DNA from: Candidatus Saccharimonadota bacterium
Lineage (GTDB): Bacteria; Patescibacteriota; Saccharimonadia; Saccharimonadales; CAIOMD01
Direction of reading: 5' to 3'
Assembly: GCA_031973215.1 (NCBI GenBank)
Contig: DALYDK010000001.1
Span: 150,610-214,609, forward strand
DNA length: 64,000 nt
Below, piece by piece: positions 1 to 8,724 of the stretch (position 1 is the stretch's first letter; every line of letters begins with the position of its first letter). The notes below the pieces were generated by a model. That model made no database searches and had not been told where the DNA came from. It saw nothing but the letters and a program-made list of their open reading frames with translations. The translations under genes and the position numbers were made by a program.

Positions 1-816
1 AACAATTAATGTATTAGGCAACTGTGCCCTCGCCTGCTCAATAGCTTTGAGAGATTTAGATTGATGTCCATGCGCAGTATCTATAACTAATATATCCACT
101 CCGGCCTCTACTAGTGCATTAGCTTTTTCTGATACATTACCGTTAATTCCTAGCGCTGCAGCAACTTTCAATTTTCCATTTTTGTCGAGGTTTGGTTTGT
201 ATATTGTCGAGCGGATTAAGCCTTTTCGGGTCACTACCCCAACTAGCTTGTTATTATCATCTACTACCGGCGCAAGGTTAAGCCTATTTTTAGCCAAAAA
301 ATCAAAGTACTTTTTAGTGCTCAGATTATTTTTTACCGATAAAACCTCTGGGCTCATAACTCTCTCGAGTTTAGTAAACCTGTCATATCCAACTGAGTCT
401 TTTTCTGTGAATACTCCCACTGGAATATTTTGTTCATCTACAATAATGACACTGCCATGAGCTCTTTTATAAATTAGGTCCATTGCTCTAGCTATATTAT
501 CCTTGGGTGATAAAGATACGGGAGTTTCTAGGAAAGGGTCACATTTTTTTACATAATCTACAATTTTAATGATATTTTCTAAAGCTATATCCTGGGGTAA
601 AACCGTAATTCCGCCTCGTCGGGCTGTGGTTTCTGCCATGCGTTTTCCGGCAACCGCGTTCATATTAGACACGACAACCGGTATTGTTAAGCCTGAGTTG
701 TCATAGGTAGACAGATCTACCATGAATCTTGATTTAACAGTGTTTTTTAGCGGAACTAAGAAAACGTCACTGTAGGTTAATTCAAAACTAGGGGAAATAT
801 TGTTCAGAAACTTCAT
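1..816 (-). CDS. guaB: IMP dehydrogenase (N-terminal portion; gene continues beyond the window start)
   Basis: The reverse strand translates from an ATG at 816-814 as MKFLNNISPSFELTYSDVFLVP...PVVVSNMNAV...LPVVDD...ALVEAGVDILVIDTAHGH, which is the typical IMPDH N-terminus with its CBS pair. An AAGGAG-like sequence lies upstream. The ORF track missed it because it runs off the edge. Confidence 0.85.
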   Translation of the reverse strand, partial: MKFLNNISPSFELTYSDVFLVPLKNTVKSRFMVDLSTYDNSGLTIPVVVSNMNAVAGKRMAETTARRGGITVLPQDIALENIIKIVDYVKKCDPFLETPVSLSPKDNIARAMDLIYKRAHGSVIIVDEQNIPVGVFTEKDSVGYDRFTKLERVMSPEVLSVKNNLSTKKYFDFLAKNRLNLAPVVDDNNKLVGVVTRKGLIRSTIYKPNLDKNGKLKVAAALGINGNVSEKANALVEAGVDILVIDTAHGHQSKSLKAIEQARAQLPNTLIV

Positions 817-904
817 ACTTATAGTCTAGCAACCTGCTGCCTCAGGCCATAATGGTAGTGATATTTTACATATTAAATTAGTTGTAATATTCACATTTAA
901 ACTG

Positions 905-1219
905 TTGATTGCTATGGAAAGAGTTTTTTTAGAATATAAAGTATATATAATACTTTTTATGCTTATTGTTACTCATATAGTTGTATCGCTACTTAGCTTT
1001 GGGCTTGCTACCAGCACATTAGTTCGTCCCAATGCCATTAAGCTAGGTATGTCATACACTTTTATTATTTTATCTATTCTCAGCGGCGCAGCTTTAGCTT
1101 TTGGTCAAGAAATAAATATTGTTCATATTTGTTCTGTAGGTATTGCATATACAGTAATTGTTACTTATATGACTGTTATGGGTGGACGAAAACTCGCCTC
1201 TCTAGAAATAGAAGACTAA
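905..1219 (+). CDS. small hydrophobic membrane protein (hypothetical)
   Basis: 104-aa ORF with 3 predicted transmembrane segments and no recognisable motif. Confidence 0.3.
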   Translation: MIAMERVFLEYKVYIILFMLIVTHIVVSLLSFGLATSTLVRPNAIKLGMSYTFIILSILSGAALAFGQEINIVHICSVGIAYTVIVTYMTVMGGRKLASLEIED

Positions 1220-1262
1220 TTTTTATTATTCTTATGCTTAATTTGCTACAATATACTTAGCT

Positions 1263-2972
1263 ATGCAAGAGAAAATAAAAATAAAAATACCTCTGTTTAA
1301 AACTCTTGCCTCCTACCCAACAAAATGGTTAAGACGAGATGTTATTGCAGGTATTACGGTGGCTTCTATAGCAATACCGCAAGCAATGGCATACGCCCAG
1401 CTTGCTGGGGTAGAAATTGCAATGGGCCTTTATGCAGCACTAATTGGTATGGTGGTTTTTGCTTTCTTTAGTGCGTCGCGCTTTGTTAATGTAGGCCCGG
1501 ACGCCGCTATGGCGGCTCTTACGGGTGCAGCAATTTTGCCCTTGGCGGGTGGTGACATATACAGATCTGGAGCTCTGGTAGTTATTCTGTCAATTTTTAT
1601 AGGAATTATCTGTATTGTTGGGGTGTTTGCTAGGCTTTCATTTATAGCTGAATTTATCTCAAGACCCATTCTGCTAGGATACATGTCTGGTTTAGCACTA
1701 GCTGTTATTGCTTCTCAGGCACCCAAGTTATTTGGTTTAGAAAGCCCACAACAGACGAATTTTTTTGGATCTATAAACTATATAATTAGCAATTTTAGCA
1801 ATTTTAACTGGGAAGTTGTTGCTTTTAGCGCCACTATAATGGCACTGGGTATATTATTACCAATGAGGTTTAGGCGAATGCCGGTTGCCATAATTATACT
1901 GCTTGGGTCTACTTTAATTTCATTAAGTATTGGGTTTGCGAGCTTAGGTATACCTGTATTGGGTGCAATACCAACAGGGCTTCCCTTTCCGCATCTTCCT
2001 TTAATTAAGCCATTAGATATTCAAAATTTAGTTATTCCAGCAATGGCAATCACGGTTATTGGTTACGCTAATACAATTGCCGTTTCTAGATCATTTGCGG
2101 CAAAAAAGAACGAAGAAGTTAATCCTAATCAAGAATTTTTTGGACTTGGAGCTGCCAATATTGCCTCAGGAGTATTCGGTGGCATGCCAGTCAACGCAAG
2201 CGCAACCAGATCTGCTGTAACTTTTGAGAGTAGGGCCAAAACCCAGGTGGCTCAAATATTTGGTGCGGCGTTTATTGCTTTTTCACTACTTTTTCTGGCT
2301 CCACTTCTTAAGTATTTGCCAGTAAGTGCTCTAGCGGTAATTATTATTCTTGCCGTAGCCAAACTGTTCGACTATAAAGAGCTTAAAACAATATGGAAAG
2401 CTTGGCACAGCGAAGCCTTGCTGGCGATCATTACTGTATTAGGTGTGACTTTCCTAGGAATATTCCAGGGGTTGTTGCTTGCAGTTTTGCTTGCAATATT
2501 CAATTTAGTAAGAAGGACTGCCTTTCCACAAGACGCTGTTCTTGGTATGGCAAGCAATGGTTCTTTTAGAGATGCCTCTAGGCCTCCGAAAACAAAATCT
2601 ATAAAAGGAATGGTTATTTACCGTTTTGATGCGCCACTATTCTTTGGTAATGCTACTTATTTCAGGGAAAGAGTATTAAGCCTTATTGATGATAATCCTG
2701 GAGCTGTTAAGTGGTTTTTATGGGATGCCGAGACTATAACATCTATTGATTCTACTGCTGCAAAAATGCTTGAAGGTCTAATTGCAGACCTAAAAGCTAG
2801 GAACGTAACAATGGCCGTTGCTCGAATGAAGGGTACGGTTCGAACAACAATAAGCCATACAAGTAGGTTAGCTGGATACTTATATAGATTGCCACACTTC
2901 ACATCCTTAGGGGAGGCCATTGAGGCATACGAAGAGAAATACGGGCCCATAGAATTAAGGGAGCATAAGTAG
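1263..2972 (+). CDS. SulP family anion (sulfate/bicarbonate) transporter with C-terminal STAS domain
   Basis: The N-terminus WLRRDVIAGITVASIAIPQAMAYAQLAGV is the SulP signature. There are about 10 transmembrane helices and the C-terminal anti-sigma-antagonist-like fold fits a STAS domain. Confidence 0.85.
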   Translation: MQEKIKIKIPLFKTLASYPTKWLRRDVIAGITVASIAIPQAMAYAQLAGVEIAMGLYAALIGMVVFAFFSASRFVNVGPDAAMAALTGAAILPLAGGDIYRSGALVVILSIFIGIICIVGVFARLSFIAEFISRPILLGYMSGLALAVIASQAPKLFGLESPQQTNFFGSINYIISNFSNFNWEVVAFSATIMALGILLPMRFRRMPVAIIILLGSTLISLSIGFASLGIPVLGAIPTGLPFPHLPLIKPLDIQNLVIPAMAITVIGYANTIAVSRSFAAKKNEEVNPNQEFFGLGAANIASGVFGGMPVNASATRSAVTFESRAKTQVAQIFGAAFIAFSLLFLAPLLKYLPVSALAVIIILAVAKLFDYKELKTIWKAWHSEALLAIITVLGVTFLGIFQGLLLAVLLAIFNLVRRTAFPQDAVLGMASNGSFRDASRPPKTKSIKGMVIYRFDAPLFFGNATYFRERVLSLIDDNPGAVKWFLWDAETITSIDSTAAKMLEGLIADLKARNVTMAVARMKGTVRTTISHTSRLAGYLYRLPHFTSLGEAIEAYEEKYGPIELREHK

Positions 2973-3394
2973 TGTTTAGGACAAGAGCTGCTTTAAAAAA
3001 ATATAAGAAGACATCGAAAAAAAGTAAAGGTTGTCCTTTTTGTGAACCAAACTTAGGAGATAGAATTATTTTACATAAGGGCAAACACGCCATGGTAACA
3101 AAAAACGACTTTGGCTATTCCATATGGGAGGGCCGAAATGTACTAGAGCACTTAATGGTCGTGCCTATTAGGCATGTTGCAACAATGGATTTATTGAGCA
3201 AAGATGAAAAATCCGAAATTATTGACCTTATAGCCCAATATGAGTCCAAGGGATACGATGTATATTCAAGGGGTTCAGGAAGTGTTCAAAAAACAGTTCC
3301 CTCCCACCAGCACAGTCATCTTATTAAAACGAGCGGTCAGCCGGCTAAGTTTATTTTATTTCTTAAAAAACCTTATCAACTCATTAAGTTTTAA
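2972..3394 (+). CDS. HIT (histidine triad) family hydrolase
   Basis: Carries the HIT motif HQHSHLI (HxHxHxx) and an upstream CPFC. GTG start at 2972 overlaps the SulP stop. Confidence 0.6.
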   Translation: MFRTRAALKKYKKTSKKSKGCPFCEPNLGDRIILHKGKHAMVTKNDFGYSIWEGRNVLEHLMVVPIRHVATMDLLSKDEKSEIIDLIAQYESKGYDVYSRGSGSVQKTVPSHQHSHLIKTSGQPAKFILFLKKPYQLIKF

Positions 3395-3445
3395 AAAAGC
3401 TTATGCTATATTTATACTAAACAATTAAATAATTAGGAGAACCAA

Positions 3446-4012
3446 ATGCTTTCGAAAATTATTGATGAAGCTTCAAGTGCAGTAGTAAGTGCCATTAACG
3501 GAGTAGATGACATTCTTTCTGCCGTAACTACTACAGCTAAAAACCAAGTCATTAATGTGCTGCAGGGTACTGGCGAAGTTGGTTCAAGCGCAGTTGAGAC
3601 CGTTTCATCTGTTGCGGATGGTGTAATTAAAGGCGCCGGTACAGTTGGCGGATCTTTAATAGAAACTACGTCTAACACAGTTACCGGTGTCGTAACCGGT
3701 GCGGTCGAAGTTGGCACAACCTTAACTGATTCAGTAACGGGTGGAGTAAGAGGCGTAATTAAGGGCGTGGCTGATACCGGAGGAGATGTTGGGCAGGCTG
3801 CAGTTGGCGCTGTTTCTGGTGCCATAAAAGCTGCTGGTGACCTGGGAGCAGATACAACAGAAGCAACAAAAACTGCCGTAGGTAGCGCAATTGATGCAGC
3901 CGGTGAAGTTGGCGGCAATGCATCAGAAAAGGTTCGAGAGGCCCTGTTAAATACTGCTGCTCTCCCTAAAGATGTCGTAGAATCTGCCATTAAAGGCCAC
4001 GACAATAAGTAG
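3446..4012 (+). CDS. G/A/V/T-rich tandem-repeat protein (hypothetical)
   Basis: AGGAGA RBS 7 nt upstream. 188-aa product with degenerate repeats of about 11 residues (GVIKGAGTVGGS / GVIKGVADTGG / GAVSGAIKAAG). The minus-strand ORF 3433..4005 is its low-complexity mirror image. Confidence 0.5.
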   Translation: MLSKIIDEASSAVVSAINGVDDILSAVTTTAKNQVINVLQGTGEVGSSAVETVSSVADGVIKGAGTVGGSLIETTSNTVTGVVTGAVEVGTTLTDSVTGGVRGVIKGVADTGGDVGQAAVGAVSGAIKAAGDLGADTTEATKTAVGSAIDAAGEVGGNASEKVREALLNTAALPKDVVESAIKGHDNK

Positions 4013-4029
4013 GATAATAATTTTCAAAA

Positions 4030-5211
4030 ATGTCTTATGAACAGCTTAACATTGTAGTAAAAACTTCCGAAAAATTCAGGAAATACTACATATTTAAAGG
4101 CAATGAGTTAAGAGCCTCTTCGCTATATAGCCAGCTAGAAAATGGCTTAGATGTAACATATAAATCTAAAGACATTATTGGTAATGAATATATTAATAGT
4201 AATTTAGAATCATCTTTTGAACATTTTATAGATAAGCTAAAAAGCGAAAAATGGCTTAAGGATGACAATTTAATAGATTCAATAGGCATAAGGCTGCAAG
4301 CCCCTTCTAGCCAATTTTTAGACGATTGCTTACTTGATGAATCTAAGATTTCGGTTCTAGAAAACTTAAGGCAGTATAGCCCCACCCTACTTGATCATCA
4401 GCTTAGTACTATTCATACAATAAGACGACGGCTAAAAAATGTAAAAATTTTGGGCATAAGCGATAGTAAATATCACAAGAATAAACCACCAAAAGCTTGG
4501 AATAGTGGAATAGATTTGTATCTAGCAGACAATTTAGATATAAAAAGATTTGGATACTTGGGATTGTCGACCGAATATATTGTTCAATTACTTAAGAACG
4601 ATCTGCCAGACAGGTTAATTATTTGCTATATCGGCGAATCTGGAATTAGCTTAACGGCCGTTAAAAAAGGAATAAGCATAGAAAATTCTATGGGCTATAC
4701 ACCTAATGATGGACTATTTAGTTTTGTCGGATCTGGTAAAGTTGATTATTCGGCTATTAGAAAAATGAAAGATTATATGAATTTAAGTGACTACGATATG
4801 ACACTCCATTTAAATTCTTATTCTGGCCTAAAGGGGCTCAGTCGACAATCATCTAACTTAGAAGAAGTTTATAGCTCTGCAAAAAATAATATACCTGAAT
4901 CAAAACTTGCCATAAATACTTTTGTTTATGAACTACAAAAACAAATTGGCTCAATGGTTGCTGCTTTAGGCGGAATTGATTGCCTGGTGTTTACGGGTTC
5001 AATTGGAACAGCTAGTGCTTGGCTTAGGAAAGCGGTTGTAAAAGATTTACAATGTTTCGGCTTGCTAATAGATGACGCAAAAAATGCAAAACAATTAACT
5101 AAGAAAAAAATCATAGAGATTCACAAACGAACTCGAGTTAATGAGATTCTAGTAATTGAATCAAAAGATGAATATCTAATTGCTCAGAAAACAAAATCGT
5201 ATAGGAGCTAA
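4030..5211 (+). CDS. acetate/propionate kinase family homolog with degenerate catalytic motifs
   Basis: The C-terminus GGIDCLVFTGSIGTASAWLRK...EILVIESKDEYLIAQKT matches the AckA C-terminus (G.D.IVFTGGIGEN...VIPTNEEL.IA.DT). Two internal blocks align to AckA: CYIGESGIS (AckA HLGNGAS) and MGYTPNDGLFSFVGSGKVD (AckA MGFTPLEGL.MGTRSGDID). Key AckA residues are substituted. Confidence 0.55.
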   Translation: MSYEQLNIVVKTSEKFRKYYIFKGNELRASSLYSQLENGLDVTYKSKDIIGNEYINSNLESSFEHFIDKLKSEKWLKDDNLIDSIGIRLQAPSSQFLDDCLLDESKISVLENLRQYSPTLLDHQLSTIHTIRRRLKNVKILGISDSKYHKNKPPKAWNSGIDLYLADNLDIKRFGYLGLSTEYIVQLLKNDLPDRLIICYIGESGISLTAVKKGISIENSMGYTPNDGLFSFVGSGKVDYSAIRKMKDYMNLSDYDMTLHLNSYSGLKGLSRQSSNLEEVYSSAKNNIPESKLAINTFVYELQKQIGSMVAALGGIDCLVFTGSIGTASAWLRKAVVKDLQCFGLLIDDAKNAKQLTKKKIIEIHKRTRVNEILVIESKDEYLIAQKTKSYRS

Positions 5212-5216
5212 TAGTC

Positions 5217-5867
5217 TTAGTATGACCATTCCGATTCAAATGGTTCGTTATTGTTCGATATTTTTGTAATAAAATCTCTAACTCCCTTCATTATGTTTGG
5301 ATCATTAGATGGCAATAAGATTGCTTGGCCGTTTCGACTTTCATAATTAATATTTGAATCAGCAATATTAATTTCATAAACTAGGGCATTCATGTGACTT
5401 ATGAGTGATTTATTTTTTGTAATTTTAATAATGGCACTACTTTTGAATTTAACTTCTTTCTTGTCGCCGAGTTTGTCATTGCAAACAGATTCTAGTGCTT
5501 GTTCAAGCGATTTGCCAAATGGAACTCTGTCATATAGTGGAGTTATTTTTCCTAGATATGGTTGTCGACTCCATTTGAAAAATAAAAATGACCTTTCTTT
5601 TTTACCATATAGCATTACAACCGTTTTAATTTCATCTACTTTAGAATTAGTGGCAGTACTAATTTTTCCAACAAAATTATTTCCTTTTTCTGTAAGTTCG
5701 TAGTTTCCTCTACTTGTTTTAACGATTATGCCGGACTTAACTAACTTATTTAGGTGATACGCAAAAGCATTATCTGGCATATCTTTTGGCTTAAGCCTAC
5801 TAACTTTGGCACTCGGAACTCTTATTAACTGCAGTAAAATATGTTTTTGTATCCAGTCAAATTCCAT
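5217..5867 (-). CDS. hypothetical protein with N-terminal winged-helix (HTH) domain
   Basis: N-terminal KHILLQLIRVPS...FAYHLNKLVKSGII resembles a wHTH domain; the rest is unassigned. Confidence 0.4.
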   Translation of the reverse strand: MEFDWIQKHILLQLIRVPSAKVSRLKPKDMPDNAFAYHLNKLVKSGIIVKTSRGNYELTEKGNNFVGKISTATNSKVDEIKTVVMLYGKKERSFLFFKWSRQPYLGKITPLYDRVPFGKSLEQALESVCNDKLGDKKEVKFKSSAIIKITKNKSLISHMNALVYEINIADSNINYESRNGQAILLPSNDPNIMKGVRDFITKISNNNEPFESEWSY

Positions 5868-5952
5868 TTGATGCCTAGTTTATCATTTTTTCAAAATATT
5901 TTGATATTAAAATATAGATTATTTACTTATTATTAGAACATTAAAAATAATT

Positions 5953-6441
5953 ATGAAAACACTAAATGCAAATCACCAACAATGCAAAGCAATTAGATCG
6001 GAAGAATTCAATTTCTACGATGAACTAAAAAATACACAGTTAGGCTCTAGCACCGGTTGCACCGACGATTTCGGTGATACTCTACAGCTATCAATTAGAA
6101 ATAATCAATACAATGAGATTCACCCGGTAGCTATCAGGTACTTGGGTAACATGGCAATAGATGGTGATATAGATATATATTATCGAGACTATAGAGTAGC
6201 AACTAAATTGATTGATAAAAATGCTACATTAGACAACGATAGGTTAAGCTCATATATTTTTAGAAACGAAATCTCTCCAGATCAATCCCCTGCATATTTA
6301 GAAAATGAATACACAGTCAATGTAGAGCAAGCAGGAGAATCTGAGCTCATTATAATCAGACAAGCAACCCTAGTTGTTTTTATGGCTGTTTTGTGGGAAC
6401 TTGATAAATCAATTTACAATCGGGCTTCGACAAAAGTATAG
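5953..6441 (+). CDS. hypothetical protein
   Basis: 162-aa ORF divergent from the wHTH gene, with no motif recognised. Confidence 0.35.
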   Translation: MKTLNANHQQCKAIRSEEFNFYDELKNTQLGSSTGCTDDFGDTLQLSIRNNQYNEIHPVAIRYLGNMAIDGDIDIYYRDYRVATKLIDKNATLDNDRLSSYIFRNEISPDQSPAYLENEYTVNVEQAGESELIIIRQATLVVFMAVLWELDKSIYNRASTKV

Positions 6442-7616
6442 GCGTAGCCAATTTTTCCTGCGCGCCCTGTTCGCCCAATTCTATGAACATAATCGTCATA
6501 TGTTTGCGGAGTAGAATAATTAATTACTACTGTTACATCTTTAACGTCAATACCTCTAGCGGCAACATCTGTCGCAACTAATATATTAATATCATTTTCA
6601 ATGAACTTTCTTAAAGTTCTTTGTCTGGCGCCTTGGGTTTTGGCCCCGTGGATAGAATCGGCTTTAAAGCCCCTTGATTTAAGTTCAACACTTAATCTTT
6701 CTACGCTTCTTTGAGTTTCGTCGAAAATTATAGCTTTCGTCGTTGGTTCTTTAATTAGTAAATCATGTAAAATGTCAGCTTTATTATCTAATTTACTGAA
6801 CGGAATAATATCCTGCTCGACGGCATCGCTAGTTTCACTAGTTTTAACCTTAACTTCTACAACTTCCTTTGAAAATTTACTAATTATTTCCCGTACCCTT
6901 TTGTCCATAGTGGCAGAAAAATATAACATTTGTTTATTCTGAGCAGTTTGACTAAGAATAGTAGTTATATCGTCGACAAAACCCATATCTAGCATTCTGT
7001 CTACCTCATCTAGTGCAACAATATTAAAGTTAGACAATGTCAGGCTACCACGTTCAATATGATCTTTTATTCTACCTGGTGTACCTATGACGATTTCAGG
7101 ATTGGTTTTTAAGTCGCTAAGTTGTCTATGCATAGAAGTTCCGCCAATTAACAGTGCGCCGAGCAGGCCACTTCCTTTGCCAACTTTTTTGAGCTCATTT
7201 TCAATTTGGGCTGCAAGTTCTCTTGTAGGGGCAACAATTAAGGCTTTGTGACCTCTTTGGCTAATAAGCTTATTTAGAATTGGTATTCCAAAAGCAATTG
7301 TTTTACCAGTTCCGGTGCTGGCAATACCTAATATGTCACTGCCCTCTAATGCGGGAATTATTGCTTGGTCTTGAATTGGTGTAGGAACCGAAATGCCTAG
7401 AATTTCAAGGTTGTCATGTAAAAGCGGGCTAACATTAAAGTCGTTGAATGTATTCTGTGGAATATACTTTTCTTCTTTAATGGCTACTGCACTTTTGACA
7501 AACTTTGATGGATGAATATTCTGCTTAAATGATTTCTTTCTAGTTGATCTGTTTCTGCTGCTACTAGAACTAGAATTTCTTCTTCTAAAATTGTTTGGTT
7601 TGTAATTGTTTCTCAT
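6414..7616 (-). CDS. DEAD-box ATP-dependent RNA helicase
   Basis: Carries the helicase motifs ASTGTGKT (I), PTRELA, DEVD (II), SAT (III) and HRIGRTGRAG (VI), plus a basic R/S-rich N-terminal tail. Confidence 0.9.
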   Translation of the reverse strand: MRNNYKPNNFRRRNSSSSSSRNRSTRKKSFKQNIHPSKFVKSAVAIKEEKYIPQNTFNDFNVSPLLHDNLEILGISVPTPIQDQAIIPALEGSDILGIASTGTGKTIAFGIPILNKLISQRGHKALIVAPTRELAAQIENELKKVGKGSGLLGALLIGGTSMHRQLSDLKTNPEIVIGTPGRIKDHIERGSLTLSNFNIVALDEVDRMLDMGFVDDITTILSQTAQNKQMLYFSATMDKRVREIISKFSKEVVEVKVKTSETSDAVEQDIIPFSKLDNKADILHDLLIKEPTTKAIIFDETQRSVERLSVELKSRGFKADSIHGAKTQGARQRTLRKFIENDINILVATDVAARGIDVKDVTVVINYSTPQTYDDYVHRIGRTGRAGKIGYAYTFVEARL

Positions 7617-7794
7617 AAAAAAATGAACCTCTTTCGGGGTAGTTTAAATTAATTTCGGCTAACAACGAACTGTTAAAGCGAAACTAACAACATACGCCTG
7701 GATGGTCCATTACTAACTTGAATATATTAGCATATCGCGGTTAAAAATGCAACACTCCAAAAGCTCGACTCTATGATATTGCCCCTAGCCTCAA

Positions 7795-7826
7795 GTATAG
7801 ACAAATACAACAAAAAGTAGTATAAT
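7795..7826 (+). promoter_or_regulatory. sigma70-like promoter (TAGACA-17nt-TATAAT) upstream of ORF 7835
   Basis: TAGACAaatacaacaaaaagtagTATAAT lies 8 nt upstream of the start codon. Confidence 0.3.
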
Positions 7827-7834
7827 ATGATTTT

Positions 7835-8719
7835 ATGGAAACTGAAAGAAAATATTTTCGATTAAATTTGCAACCCGAAGATGTAACTTCTTTAAACGCT
7901 TTAATTAAAATGGTTTGCAAAGCCAAAAAACATCCTTATCAACTCAGGCAGATACAAGTTGGTATTCCTAGAGATTTTGGCATGGTCGATACTAGTCAAA
8001 TTACTATGTATGGTAGCGGATACAGCAGCCAAGTAATAACTTTATTAGATGCTGGCCCAGACGATTACTCTTCAGATACTGGCCTTATGAGCCTAATGCT
8101 TGAATCTAATAGGCAAAGTGGCCATGACTCTATTGTTGATTACGATTGGAAAAATGAAGAAGCTAAACTAATTCCTCAGTCCGAACCTTGGCATTATGGT
8201 GTAGGAGAGTGTCTCGTTGAGAGAACTTTTGATAGGCGCTATGATGATGCAGTTAAATATATGAACGATGCTAGTGCAAACAATATTGAAGATTTAGCTG
8301 TAGGTACAGATGAAGAATTATCTCCTTTCGATGTAATTACAAGACTTATTCAACATGACAATGCGGCCGTAACTATAGAACAGTTATTTAGCGCAGATTA
8401 CTGTGGTGAGCGTTTGAGTAAGCACGAACCCAAGAGTCACAACAGTGCTCAGCTTCGCTTAATTGAAAAATTAAAAGGTACCAAACCATTAAGTACTGAC
8501 TTTAAATTAGGCGTATTTAGTTTGTTGGCAGTGGCTGGCAATGAAGAAGCTATTGACCTAGCCTATGTTTTATCTGCTAATTATGATCATCAGCATGATG
8601 AAGTTCAAGATTTAAATTTCGAGGCTAGTATAAAAGAGCCTTTGACATCGACTAGAATACCGAGCATTTCCCCGATTTGGGAATTATTTGGTGACGCAAT
8701 TGCAAAAATTGGCTATTAA
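7835..8719 (+). CDS. hypothetical protein
   Basis: 294-aa acidic protein with no motif recognised. Confidence 0.4.
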   Translation: METERKYFRLNLQPEDVTSLNALIKMVCKAKKHPYQLRQIQVGIPRDFGMVDTSQITMYGSGYSSQVITLLDAGPDDYSSDTGLMSLMLESNRQSGHDSIVDYDWKNEEAKLIPQSEPWHYGVGECLVERTFDRRYDDAVKYMNDASANNIEDLAVGTDEELSPFDVITRLIQHDNAAVTIEQLFSADYCGERLSKHEPKSHNSAQLRLIEKLKGTKPLSTDFKLGVFSLLAVAGNEEAIDLAYVLSANYDHQHDEVQDLNFEASIKEPLTSTRIPSISPIWELFGDAIAKIGY

Positions 8720-8724
8720 GCACG

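Noticed and set aside
182-460. 92-aa plus-strand ORF
   Set aside because: It lies entirely antisense within the well-supported guaB coding sequence; it is a shadow ORF with no RBS.
3433-4005. 190-aa minus-strand ORF rich in S/T/P/A
   Set aside because: It is the reverse-complement reading of the G/A/V/T repeat gene. Such low-complexity repeats create long antisense ORFs. The plus-strand gene has the RBS.
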